A DNA stretch of 38,519 nucleotides. Origin: an uncultured Candidatus Saccharibacteria bacterium. Its GTDB lineage: Bacteria > Patescibacteriota > Minisyncoccia > Minisyncoccales > CG1-02-41-26. The translations under genes and the position numbers were made by a program. Position 1 is the first letter of the stretch, and each line of letters opens with the position of its first letter. The DNA lies in the NCBI GenBank assembly GCA_964562675.1, contig CAZLUG010000005.1, forward strand, positions 1-38,519, given 5' to 3'. Below are positions 8,431 to 17,579 of the stretch, piece after piece. The notes beneath the pieces were generated by a model. That model had not been told where the DNA came from and did not search any database. It saw nothing but the letters and a program-made list of their open reading frames with translations.

Positions 8431-10167
8431 ATGTCTGAAATAAATTTTTTTGGAAAAACATCTTTCCGCCAAGAGCATAGAAAATTTGGGATTAAACCTG
8501 ATGATAGAAGGCGCCATCTTTATATTATTGGGAAAACCGGTATGGGGAAAACCGCTCTTTTAAAAAACATGGCTATTCAAGATATCAGAGCAGGGAAAGG
8601 TATTGGATTTATTGATCCCCACGGAGAAGCCGCTGACGATTTATTAAATTTTGTGCCAAAAGAGAGGATTCAAGACGTGATTTACTTTAACCCGGGAGAT
8701 ATTGATTATCCGATAGCTTTTAACGTAATGGAGAAAGTAAGTGTGGCGCATCGCCATTTAGTGGCCTCTGGTTTAATGGGAGTATTCAAAAAACTTTGGC
8801 CTGATGTTTGGTCAGCGCGGATGGAATATATTTTAAATAATTCTATTTTAGCTCTTCTAGAATATCCAGGGTCTACTCTTTTGGGAATTAATAGATTATT
8901 AGCTGACCAGGATTTCCGCCAGAAAGTTATTGATAAAATAACAGACCCTGTTATTAAAGCTTTTTGGACGAAAGAATTTGCCAGATACACTCAACGTTAT
9001 GAAATTGAAGCAACTGCAGCTATTCAAAACAAGATCGGCCAATTTATTTCTGCTCCTTTAATTAGAAATATTATTGGTCAAGTCAATTCTTCTATTGATA
9101 TGCGAAAAGTTATGGATGAAGGAAAAATCTTGATTGTGAATTTATCAAAGGGAGCAATCGGCGAAGATCCTTCCCGGCTTTTAGGAGGTTTACTGATAAC
9201 CAAACTTCAATTAGCTGCTATGTCAAGGGTGAATATTCCCGAAAAAGAGAGGCGGGATTTTTATCTTTACGTTGATGAATTTCAGAATTTTGCCACAGAA
9301 TCTTTTATCAACATTTTATCAGAAGCAAGAAAATATAGGCTGGACCTAATTTTAGCAAACCAATATATCAGCCAGATGGAAGAAGGAGTGCGGGACGCGG
9401 TTTTTGGCAACGTCGGGACGATTATTTCTTTTCGGGTGGGAGCGGAAGACGCAGAATATTTAGAAAAAGAATTTGTTCCTGACTTTATGGCTAGCGATTT
9501 AGTAAATTTACCAAAGTATCACGTATACTTAAAACTTATGGTTGATGGAGTAGCCGGCCGTCCGTTTTCAGCTATTACTTTAAGCCCTTTCCAAGAGGAA
9601 GAAAAATCATACCGAGATAAAATTATAGATTTTTCCCGTAGCCAATACGGCACAAAAAAGGAAATTATTGAAGAGGCCATGACTAAATGGGCAGGAAGTT
9701 ATATCAATCAGCGCACCCCCTCGCACGGTCAAAATTCTTCCCCGGTACTTTACGATGCGCAATGCCAAAATTGCGGAAAGTGGATAAAAGTTCCTTTTAA
9801 ACCGGATGGAGTAAGACCGATTTATTGCAAATCCTGCCTCAAAAAGCTTAATCAGGAAAAAAACTCAGAGAAAAGCCAACAAGGAAAATTACCAGAACAA
9901 AGCCGGCCAAGTACCGAGGGGATTAAAACAGTTTCTTTGGAGAATCTTTTAGAAAAAACGCCCATTTCTTTCGTTAAAAAGAAAGGAGGCGAAAATTTGG
10001 AGAAAGAGACAAAAAGAAAAAAAGAGAAAAAGAGTGTTTCTCTTGACGAGCTGCATAAAGTTTTGGAAGAATCGTTAAAACAGAAGTCGGGAAATAAAAA
10101 TTCGCAAAATATTAAAAAACGCGGTATAATCAAACCAGGAGAAACTATAAATTTTCCTCAAGAGTAA
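8431..10167 (+). CDS. soluble type-IV-coupling-protein (TraD/VirD4)/HerA-like P-loop ATPase with C-terminal 4-Cys zinc ribbon and K/E-rich tail
   Basis: 578 aa. Walker A IIGKTGMGKTALL and Walker B DFYLYVDEFQNF. A TraG-D_C-like block SEARKYRLDLILANQYISQM...GNVGTIISFRVG. No TM helix. CQNC...(17 aa)...CKSC lies at codons 445-469. One of very few genes here with an SD-like AGAGGA upstream. Confidence 0.85.
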   Translation: MSEINFFGKTSFRQEHRKFGIKPDDRRRHLYIIGKTGMGKTALLKNMAIQDIRAGKGIGFIDPHGEAADDLLNFVPKERIQDVIYFNPGDIDYPIAFNVMEKVSVAHRHLVASGLMGVFKKLWPDVWSARMEYILNNSILALLEYPGSTLLGINRLLADQDFRQKVIDKITDPVIKAFWTKEFARYTQRYEIEATAAIQNKIGQFISAPLIRNIIGQVNSSIDMRKVMDEGKILIVNLSKGAIGEDPSRLLGGLLITKLQLAAMSRVNIPEKERRDFYLYVDEFQNFATESFINILSEARKYRLDLILANQYISQMEEGVRDAVFGNVGTIISFRVGAEDAEYLEKEFVPDFMASDLVNLPKYHVYLKLMVDGVAGRPFSAITLSPFQEEEKSYRDKIIDFSRSQYGTKKEIIEEAMTKWAGSYINQRTPSHGQNSSPVLYDAQCQNCGKWIKVPFKPDGVRPIYCKSCLKKLNQEKNSEKSQQGKLPEQSRPSTEGIKTVSLENLLEKTPISFVKKKGGENLEKETKRKKEKKSVSLDELHKVLEESLKQKSGNKNSQNIKKRGIIKPGETINFPQE

Positions 10168-10245
10168 ATGTTTGATAATTTTCTTTGCCATATTTGTATT
10201 TTCTCCCTTCAACTTCTATATATTTAATATCCCCTATATTATTTT

Positions 10246-11430
10246 ATGTTTAAAACAGTTGAAGATATTCCCCTTAAAGGGAAAAGAGTAATTTTGCGGG
10301 CAGATTTTAATGTTCCGATGGCGGGAGATAATATTTTAGATGACTTTAGGATAAGAAAAATTATCCCGACCATTGAATACCTTAAATCGCATAAAGCAAA
10401 GATTATTATCATAAGCCATTTAGGGAGACCGTTAAATGACCCTCGCTTATCTAAAAATTGGAGAAATTATAGTTTAAAGCCAATTGCCTTAAAGTTAGAA
10501 GAGCTTTTAAAGACACCGGTAGGATTTATCAATGATTGCTGCGGAAGAGCTGTTGTCAAAAAGATAGAAAAAATCAAGGAAGGCGACATTGTTCTTTTGG
10601 AAAATTTAAGATTTTATGCAGGCGAGGAGAAAAATTCGCCGGATTTTGCAAAAAAACTAGCAAAACTTGGTGAATTATATGTTTCTGAGGCATTTAGCGT
10701 TAGCCATCGGCTTCACGCTTCAATTGTTATTCTTCCCCGTTTGATGCCCCGCGCTGTTGGTTTTGCCTTTGCGGAAGAAGTAAAAGTTCTTTCAAAGCTT
10801 CGCGATAAACCATTGCGGCCTTATGTGGTGATTATTGGAGGAGCAAAGATTGCTTCAAAAATGAAAGCAGTCCAGAAACTTTTGAAAAAAGCTGATTATT
10901 TGCTTTTTGGCGGGAAAACAGCAAATGTTATTTTGCGGGTGAAGGGAATTTGTGTAGGCAAGCCTTGGCCGGATAACGAAGAGGCAGTGAAAGAAATTAA
11001 ACAACTAAAACTTACTAATACCGCTATTCATCTGCCGGTAGATGTAATAGTTTCTCCGGATAGAAGCGGAAAAGTTTATCTCAGAGATATTGGGCCAGGC
11101 AAAGTGAGAAAGGACGAAAATATTTTTGATATAGGCAAAGAAACAGTCAAGACTTTTAATAAAATTATTGCGGAGGCGAAAACAATTGTTTGGGCAGGAC
11201 CTTTAGGGTTAATTGAGGAAAAACAATTCCAAGCAGGCACAAAAGGCATTATCGAGTCTATTTCGAGAAACCATCAAGCTTTTAAGGTAGCAGGAGGAGG
11301 GGATACAATAGAGACCATTCAAAACTTAAGTTCTCTGAAAAGATTTTCTTATATTTCAACGGGGGGAAGCGCAATGTTATTTTTCTTAGCGGGAGAAAAG
11401 TTGCCCGGCATTGAAGCGTTAAAGGGCTAA
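10246..11430 (+). CDS. pgk: phosphoglycerate kinase
   Basis: 394 aa. RADFNVP, ISHLGRP, LENLRF and a C-terminal STGGGA-type motif (ISTGGSAMLFFLAG). Confidence 0.97.
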   Translation: MFKTVEDIPLKGKRVILRADFNVPMAGDNILDDFRIRKIIPTIEYLKSHKAKIIIISHLGRPLNDPRLSKNWRNYSLKPIALKLEELLKTPVGFINDCCGRAVVKKIEKIKEGDIVLLENLRFYAGEEKNSPDFAKKLAKLGELYVSEAFSVSHRLHASIVILPRLMPRAVGFAFAEEVKVLSKLRDKPLRPYVVIIGGAKIASKMKAVQKLLKKADYLLFGGKTANVILRVKGICVGKPWPDNEEAVKEIKQLKLTNTAIHLPVDVIVSPDRSGKVYLRDIGPGKVRKDENIFDIGKETVKTFNKIIAEAKTIVWAGPLGLIEEKQFQAGTKGIIESISRNHQAFKVAGGGDTIETIQNLSSLKRFSYISTGGSAMLFFLAGEKLPGIEALKG

Positions 11431-11507
11431 GGAAATAATCAATAAGGTGGACATTTTAAACAACTTGGCCTTTGTTCTAATTTGGCCTAAGAATAATTTT
11501 TTATTTT

Positions 11508-12659
11508 ATGGAAGAAATTAAAAACCTTCAAAAAGCAGCTCAACGAATTAAGAAAGCCATTAAGCAAAAAGAAAGAATTTTGCTTTTTGGCGACTCTGAC
11601 TTAGACGGCACAACCTCAGTGATTTTATTACAAGAAACAATTGAAAGCTTTGGGGGCAAAGTAACCGCAATTTATTTTCCCAACAGAGATAAAGAAGGTT
11701 ATGGACTGCAGGATTCTTCGCTTAAATTTTTTCGTAAGTATGCTCCGGCTCTTCTTTGCACCCTTGATTGCGGTATTGGAAATGTCAAATCGTTGGCTAA
11801 GGCTAAAAAGATGCATTTTGACACTTTGGTTATCGACCATCATGAGGTCTTAGAAAAACTTCCTCCGGCTTCTATTATTGTTGACCCGAAACAAACAAAG
11901 GGAGATTCAAATCTTAAAGCATTAGCTAATGTTGGAGTTACTTATAAACTTTGCCAAGCTTTATTTAATCATCATCTTTCTTCCAGCCTAAAACAAAGTT
12001 TTTTAGAATTAGTAGCGCTTGGTACATTAGCAGATAAAATGCCCGAGGTGGGTGATAATAAAATTTTTATACGGGAAGGTTTAAATACTTTTCCCCAGAG
12101 TTTTAGAGAGGGGATAAAGACAAGTTTTGAAATAGCTAGACAATCCGGCGGTTCATTGCGGGAGGTAGTTTCAAGAATGATTTCCGCTTTAAACATTACT
12201 CCTCTTTCTCGGCACCTGACAGGCACTTACGAGATTTTAACAAAGAACAATCCGAAAGAGGTTAGGGAGCTTGCAGAGAAACTTTTCCTTGCCGCCAAAG
12301 AACGCCAAGCAAAAATTAGAAAACTCACCGAAGAGGTGGAAAATAAAGTTTCCCAAGATGATATTTTGGTTTTTCAAGGAAACCGCAGCCTACCATTAAT
12401 TTTAGCAGGAGCAGTTGCTTCCAGGATTTGCAATAGATTTCAGAAACCCGTTTTTGTTTACCACTTAAAAACAAAAGAAAGCATAGGATCAGTGAGAGTG
12501 CCTCGAGGAGTAGACAGCGTTGAAGCGATGAGAAGTTGTCGAAAATTATTAAAAATGTATGGCGGGCATCCGGCAGCATCTGGCTTTACGGTTGAAAATA
12601 AAAATCTTAAGAAATTTAAACATTGTTTGGAAAAATATTTTCAATCACTTCAGAAATGA
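11508..12659 (+). CDS. DHH/DHHA1 phosphoesterase, compact RecJ-like exonuclease core
   Basis: 383 aa. Motifs LLFGDSDLDGTTS, DCGIGN, VIDHHE and GGHPAASGF (DHHA1). No OB or C-terminal domains (E. coli RecJ is 577 aa). Confidence 0.85.
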   Translation: MEEIKNLQKAAQRIKKAIKQKERILLFGDSDLDGTTSVILLQETIESFGGKVTAIYFPNRDKEGYGLQDSSLKFFRKYAPALLCTLDCGIGNVKSLAKAKKMHFDTLVIDHHEVLEKLPPASIIVDPKQTKGDSNLKALANVGVTYKLCQALFNHHLSSSLKQSFLELVALGTLADKMPEVGDNKIFIREGLNTFPQSFREGIKTSFEIARQSGGSLREVVSRMISALNITPLSRHLTGTYEILTKNNPKEVRELAEKLFLAAKERQAKIRKLTEEVENKVSQDDILVFQGNRSLPLILAGAVASRICNRFQKPVFVYHLKTKESIGSVRVPRGVDSVEAMRSCRKLLKMYGGHPAASGFTVENKNLKKFKHCLEKYFQSLQK

Positions 12660-12671
12660 TATTTCTGTTTT

Positions 12672-13112
12672 ATGAAGAAAATAAAAGTTTATATTGATGG
12701 AGGAGCAAGGGGCAATCCCGGTCCGGCTGCTTTAGGGGTAGCAGTTATTTCTGAGACTGGACAAGTTTTAAAAAAATATGGCAAATTTTTAGGGCGCACC
12801 ACAAATAATGAAGCAGAATACCAAGCTTTAATTTTTGCTTTAAAAAAGCTAAAATTAATCTTTGGGAAAGAGAAGATAAAAAGCTTATTCATTGAAATTT
12901 CATCAGACTCTCAGCTTTTAGTCGGGCAAATGACCGGGCGTTATAAAGTAATCAACCAAAGAATTCAAAATCTTTTTCTTCAGGCCTGGAATTTAAAAAC
13001 TGAGTTTAAACATTTGAGCTTTTTATTTGTTCCTCGAGAACAAAATAAACTAGCTGATAAGCTAGTCAACGAAGCTTTAGACAACAACGAGACGTCTCAA
13101 ACACTTTTTTAA
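12672..13112 (+). CDS. rnhA: ribonuclease HI family protein
   Basis: 146 aa. DEDD catalytic pattern: YIDGGARGNPGPA, TNNEAEYQALIFAL, SDSQLLVGQM and REQNKLADKLVNEAL. Starts 12 nt after the RecJ-like gene. Confidence 0.85.
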   Translation: MKKIKVYIDGGARGNPGPAALGVAVISETGQVLKKYGKFLGRTTNNEAEYQALIFALKKLKLIFGKEKIKSLFIEISSDSQLLVGQMTGRYKVINQRIQNLFLQAWNLKTEFKHLSFLFVPREQNKLADKLVNEALDNNETSQTLF

Positions 13113-13137
13113 CTATTTAATAATTATTTTCCCTAAT

Positions 13138-14886
13138 ATGTCTGCAAAAAAATTATTTATAATATTTCTTTTCATCATCTTTGTTGGCGGGGGAGCGGCT
13201 GGTTATTGGTATTACAAAAGATTAAATTTTTCTAAAGGACTTTTAAAAGTAGAAATTTTAGGTCCTCAGTATCCGCAGGCCGGTGATGAAGTGGAATACT
13301 TAGTACGGTATAAAAATAACGGAAATATCACTCTTGAAGACGCCAATCTTACTTTCCAATTTCCTAATAACGCTGTTCCAGCACAGAATGGAAAATTAAT
13401 AGAGCAAAAGAAAATAGGGATAATTTATCCTGGCGAAGAAAAAAGCCTCAGTTTTAAAGCTGTTCTCTTCGGACAAAAAGGAGACATCTTAACGGCTCAT
13501 GCCAATATCAGCTATCATCCAAAAGACTTAAGAACTGTTTATCAGTCCCCGACAACTTTTACTTGTCAAATTAAATATGTTCCGTTGAATTTTGAATTTG
13601 ATTTGCCCTCAAAAATAGAATCAGGACAGAAACTAGCCTTTTCTTTAAACTATTTTTCTAACTTTTCCCATCCCTTAGAAAATTTGCGGGTGAGAATAGA
13701 ATATCCAAGTGATTTCCAGTTTCAAGACTCTGAACCAAAAGCTCTGGATGCTACGACCTGGCCATTGCCTTTAGTTAACTCAAGTAATGGAGGGAAAATA
13801 AAAATTACGGGCAAAATTAATGGAATTATCGGCCAGCAAAAAATTTTTAAAGCTCAAATTGGGGTTGTCAGAAATAGTAATTTTATAGTTTTGAAAAAGA
13901 TAGCTCAATCAGTGGAGATTGCTGAGTCATCTTTATATATTTCCCAATTAGTTAACGGTTTGCCTAATTATAGCGCTGATTTTAACGAAACCCTGCACTA
14001 TGAAGTTTTCTTTAAAAATGTCGGCAAGGCACCCCTCGAAAGAAAATTTATTATTGTTAAACTTAATAGTCCGATTTTTGACCTGGGAAGTTTGCAATCC
14101 AAAACTGGATCTTGGGGAAAAGGCGATAATACTATTATATTTGACTGGAAAAAAGTTCCCCAAATACGTTTTCTAGATGTGGGAGAAGAAGGGGAAGTGG
14201 ATTTTTGGATTAATACCAAGAAATTAAACCCTGACCAACATCTTAGTAATCCTATTTTGCAAGACGCTGTTTCTATTGGAGGTATGAATAAAAATTTTAA
14301 GATAAATATTCACTCCACTTTGGCCTTAGCGCAAAAATTGTACTTTAAAGATTCAAATATACTCTCATCTATTGCTTCGACAACTGCTAGTTCCACCGCA
14401 TCTGCTTTTGCAACCTCATCCGAAAATTTAAAAGCTTTTTCGGGTTTTTCCAATCAAGGTCCGCTTCCCCCAAGAGTATCTCAATCTACAACTTATACAG
14501 TTTTGTGGGAAGTAAAAAATACGTGCAATGAAGTAGATAATTTAAGGATTAAAAGTATTCTTCCCGAAAATGTAAAATTTACAGGAAAAGTTTTTCCCCA
14601 GAATGCTCGAGTAACCTTTGACCAAAAAAGTCGAGAAGTTTTTTGGAACGTTAACCAGATTAAACCTTGGCAGGGTTTTCAAGAACCACCCTTAGTGCTA
14701 GTTTTCCAGATTAGTTTTACTCCTTTAGCTCAAGACCGAGGGGCAACCCATCTTTTACTGGGAAAAACTGAAATTACCGGAGAAGATAAATTTACCGGAG
14801 AAACTTTGAGAGCCCAAGCATCCCAGATAGACACAACATTGCCGGATGATAAAACTGTGAGCAATGCTCAGGGTGTTGTGCAATAA
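13138..14886 (+). CDS. N-terminally anchored extracytoplasmic protein with ~4 CARDB/DUF11-like Ig-fold repeats
   Basis: 582 aa. A single N-terminal TM helix (LFIIFLFIIFVGGGAAGYWYY). A recurring beta-sandwich signature (EVEYLVRYKNNGNITLEDANLTFQFP; LAFSLNYFSNFSHPLENLRVRIEYP; LHYEVFFKNVGKAPLERKFIIVKL; YTVLWEVKNTCNEVDNLRIKSILP). A Ser/Thr/Ala linker SSIASTTASSTASAFATSS. No LPXTG motif. Confidence 0.8.
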   Translation: MSAKKLFIIFLFIIFVGGGAAGYWYYKRLNFSKGLLKVEILGPQYPQAGDEVEYLVRYKNNGNITLEDANLTFQFPNNAVPAQNGKLIEQKKIGIIYPGEEKSLSFKAVLFGQKGDILTAHANISYHPKDLRTVYQSPTTFTCQIKYVPLNFEFDLPSKIESGQKLAFSLNYFSNFSHPLENLRVRIEYPSDFQFQDSEPKALDATTWPLPLVNSSNGGKIKITGKINGIIGQQKIFKAQIGVVRNSNFIVLKKIAQSVEIAESSLYISQLVNGLPNYSADFNETLHYEVFFKNVGKAPLERKFIIVKLNSPIFDLGSLQSKTGSWGKGDNTIIFDWKKVPQIRFLDVGEEGEVDFWINTKKLNPDQHLSNPILQDAVSIGGMNKNFKINIHSTLALAQKLYFKDSNILSSIASTTASSTASAFATSSENLKAFSGFSNQGPLPPRVSQSTTYTVLWEVKNTCNEVDNLRIKSILPENVKFTGKVFPQNARVTFDQKSREVFWNVNQIKPWQGFQEPPLVLVFQISFTPLAQDRGATHLLLGKTEITGEDKFTGETLRAQASQIDTTLPDDKTVSNAQGVVQ

Positions 14887-14909
14887 AACTAAAAAATGAT
14901 TAAATAATC

Positions 14910-16241
14910 ATGGACCAAACTCAAAAAATTATTTCTTTAGCCAAACGCCGTGGATTTATTACTCCTTCATCAGAAATTTATGGCGGATTGAATGGCGTTT
15001 ATGATTTTGGTTATTTGGGGGTTGAGCTTAAAAACAACCTTAAAGAACTTTGGCGGAAAGAAATGCTCTATCACCATCAGCATATTTTTGGATTTGACGC
15101 CGCTATTTTGATGTCAAAAAAAGTCTGGCAAGCATCCGGCCATCTTGGAGCGGGTTTTGCCGATAATTTAGTTGAATGTAAGAACTGCCATAAAAGGTTT
15201 AAAAAAGATGAGATTAAGGGGAATAACTGTCCAGTTTGTGGCGGAGAATTAACTCTCCCAAAGAAATTTAATCTTATGATGCATGTTTCCCTGGGTGCTG
15301 TTGAAGACAATGGTTCAGAGGCTTATTTGAGGCCGGAAACCTGCCAGGGTATTTTTGTTAATTTTAAGTCAATTTTGAATACCACAAGAACAAAAATACC
15401 TTTTGGAGTAGCCCAAATTGGAAAATCATTTCGCAATGAAATTAATCCTAAAAATTTCGTCTTTCGCATGCGGGAATTTGAACAAATGGAAATGGAGTGG
15501 TTTTGCAAACCCGAGGATGCTGATAAGTTTTTTGATTATTGGGAAAAAGAAAGGTTGAAATGGTATTCAAATTTAGGTATTCGGAAGGAAAATATTAAAG
15601 CCGAGGAGATTCCTCAATCCGAAAGAGCACATTACGCCCGCCGGCAAGTGGATATCCTTTACCATTTTCCTTTTGGCTGGAAAGAAATAGAAGGAATCCA
15701 TAATCGAGGGGATTGGGATTTGTCTAATCATTCAAAGTTCTCGGGGGAAGATTTAAGTTATTTCGATGAAGAAACAAACCAAAGATATTTCCCGCACATT
15801 ATTGAGACCTCTGTAGGCGTAGAGAGAGCTTTATTTGCTTTTCTTTGCGAAAGTTATCAAGAAATTTCCGGCGGAAGATCCGGCAGTGGCAAACCAACCA
15901 GTAAAGCCGAAATTTTATTAAAACTGCCCAAAAAACTCTCGCCGATTAAAGTAGCTGTTTTGCCTCTGGTTAAGAATAAAGAAGATTTGACAAAAAAAGC
16001 TGAAGAAATTTACATGCTTTTAAAACCTCACTTTGCTTCTCAATACGACACCTTAGGTTCTATCGGGAGACGTTACCGGAGACAAGATGAAATAGGAACG
16101 CCGTTTTGCGTGACTGTTGATTTTGATACTTTAAATAACAATGATGTTACTTTACGTGACCGAGACACGATGGCGCAAGAGAGAGTTAAAATAAAAGACT
16201 TAATTAAGATTTTAGACGAAAAACTTTCTTCAGAGCGCTAA
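14910..16241 (+). CDS. glyQS: glycine--tRNA ligase (alpha2 type)
   Basis: 443 aa. RPETCQGIFVNF, FRNEINPKNFVFRMREFEQMEMEWF, a Zn-like CKNCHKRF...CPVCGG insertion and a C-terminal anticodon-binding domain. Confidence 0.96.
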   Translation: MDQTQKIISLAKRRGFITPSSEIYGGLNGVYDFGYLGVELKNNLKELWRKEMLYHHQHIFGFDAAILMSKKVWQASGHLGAGFADNLVECKNCHKRFKKDEIKGNNCPVCGGELTLPKKFNLMMHVSLGAVEDNGSEAYLRPETCQGIFVNFKSILNTTRTKIPFGVAQIGKSFRNEINPKNFVFRMREFEQMEMEWFCKPEDADKFFDYWEKERLKWYSNLGIRKENIKAEEIPQSERAHYARRQVDILYHFPFGWKEIEGIHNRGDWDLSNHSKFSGEDLSYFDEETNQRYFPHIIETSVGVERALFAFLCESYQEISGGRSGSGKPTSKAEILLKLPKKLSPIKVAVLPLVKNKEDLTKKAEEIYMLLKPHFASQYDTLGSIGRRYRRQDEIGTPFCVTVDFDTLNNNDVTLRDRDTMAQERVKIKDLIKILDEKLSSER

Positions 16242-16292
16242 TGACGCCCTTAACTCTAAAAATTTTTATAAATTATTTTTTAATTCAATATT

Positions 16293-17570
16293 ATGTTAAA
16301 TAAATTTTCGCTCAAAAATGGATTAAAGGTACTTTCAATTCCTTCAAAAGATACCCAATCAGTAACTATCTTGGTTTTAGTTGGGGTTGGCTCGAAGTAC
16401 GAAATAAAAAAGATAAACGGCATCTCTCACTTTCTAGAGCATATGTTTTTTAAAGGAACAAAGAAGCGGCCGACGCCTCTGAAAATTTCTCAGACTTTAG
16501 ATAATGTAGGCGGGATTTACAACGCCTTTACTTCCAAAGAATATACCGGATTTTTTGCTAAAGTTCAAAAGAATCATTTTGAATTAGCGCTGGATTGGGT
16601 CTCGGATATTCTCTTGCACTCGCTTTTTCAGTCTAAAAGCATCGAGAAAGAGAGAGGGGTAATTATTGAGGAGTTGAATATGTACCTAGACACGCCGATG
16701 CAATATATCAACGACCTTTGGGAAAAACTTCTTTACGGCAACCAACCAGCTGGGTGGAGTATTATTGGCGAAAAAGATAATATTCTTAGATTCAAAAGAA
16801 AGGACTTTTTAAAATATTTAAAGGGCCATTATTCATCTTTAAATTCAATTCTAGCGGTGTCGGGAAATTTTCCAGAGCAGAAACTAAAACGTAAAGCGGA
16901 GCATTATTTCAAAATTCTTAACCCCGTTTCTCCAAATCAGAAAATAAAAGTCATTGAAGACCAAAGCAAACCCGAAAGTTTAATATTTTTTAAACAGACT
17001 GACCAAACTCATCTTTGTTTAGGGGTGAGGGGATATAGTCTTTTTAGCAAAGAAAAATATGCCCAAAAAATATTAGCCACTATTCTAGGAGGCAATATGA
17101 GCTCCCGTTTGTTTAAAGAGATTAGAGAAGAAAGAGGATTGGCTTATTACGTGCGAACTTCAGAGGAGACGACAACGGACACAGGGTATCTTGTAACCCA
17201 AGCAGGCGTTCCCCACAACAATGTTGAAAAGGTTATTGGTATTATTTTAAAAGAATATAAAAAAATTCGAGAGAAAGGTGTGTCAAAATTGGAATTAGAG
17301 AGAGCAAAAGAATATCTCAAAGGCACTTTAAGTTTAACTTTAGAGCCGTCGGATGCTCAAGCTTCATTTTACAGCACCCAGGAATTGTTAAGAGGAAAAA
17401 TTTTGACTCTCCCAGAATATTTTTCTGAGCTTGATAAGGTAAGTTTAAAAGATATTCAAAAACTAGCCCGTGATATTTTCCTTCCCGCCAAGCTTAATTT
17501 AGCCTTAATAGGTCCGTTCAAAGATAAAAGTAATTTTGATAAATTATTAAAAAATTCTCGAAATTTTTGA
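16293..17570 (+). CDS. M16 (pitrilysin/insulinase) family zinc peptidase
   Basis: 425 aa. Inverted zinc motif HFLEHMFFKGT (HxxEH) plus downstream ERGVIIEE. Confidence 0.9.
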   Translation: MLNKFSLKNGLKVLSIPSKDTQSVTILVLVGVGSKYEIKKINGISHFLEHMFFKGTKKRPTPLKISQTLDNVGGIYNAFTSKEYTGFFAKVQKNHFELALDWVSDILLHSLFQSKSIEKERGVIIEELNMYLDTPMQYINDLWEKLLYGNQPAGWSIIGEKDNILRFKRKDFLKYLKGHYSSLNSILAVSGNFPEQKLKRKAEHYFKILNPVSPNQKIKVIEDQSKPESLIFFKQTDQTHLCLGVRGYSLFSKEKYAQKILATILGGNMSSRLFKEIREERGLAYYVRTSEETTTDTGYLVTQAGVPHNNVEKVIGIILKEYKKIREKGVSKLELERAKEYLKGTLSLTLEPSDAQASFYSTQELLRGKILTLPEYFSELDKVSLKDIQKLARDIFLPAKLNLALIGPFKDKSNFDKLLKNSRNF

Positions 17571-17579
17571 TGTTTAATT

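Noticed and set aside
5925-10167. Integrated conjugative or mobile element, prompted by the TraD/VirD4-like ATPase.
   Set aside because: There is no integrase, relaxase, VirB4, flanking direct repeats or tRNA-adjacent insertion site. Composition and start-codon context look like the surrounding core genes by eye.
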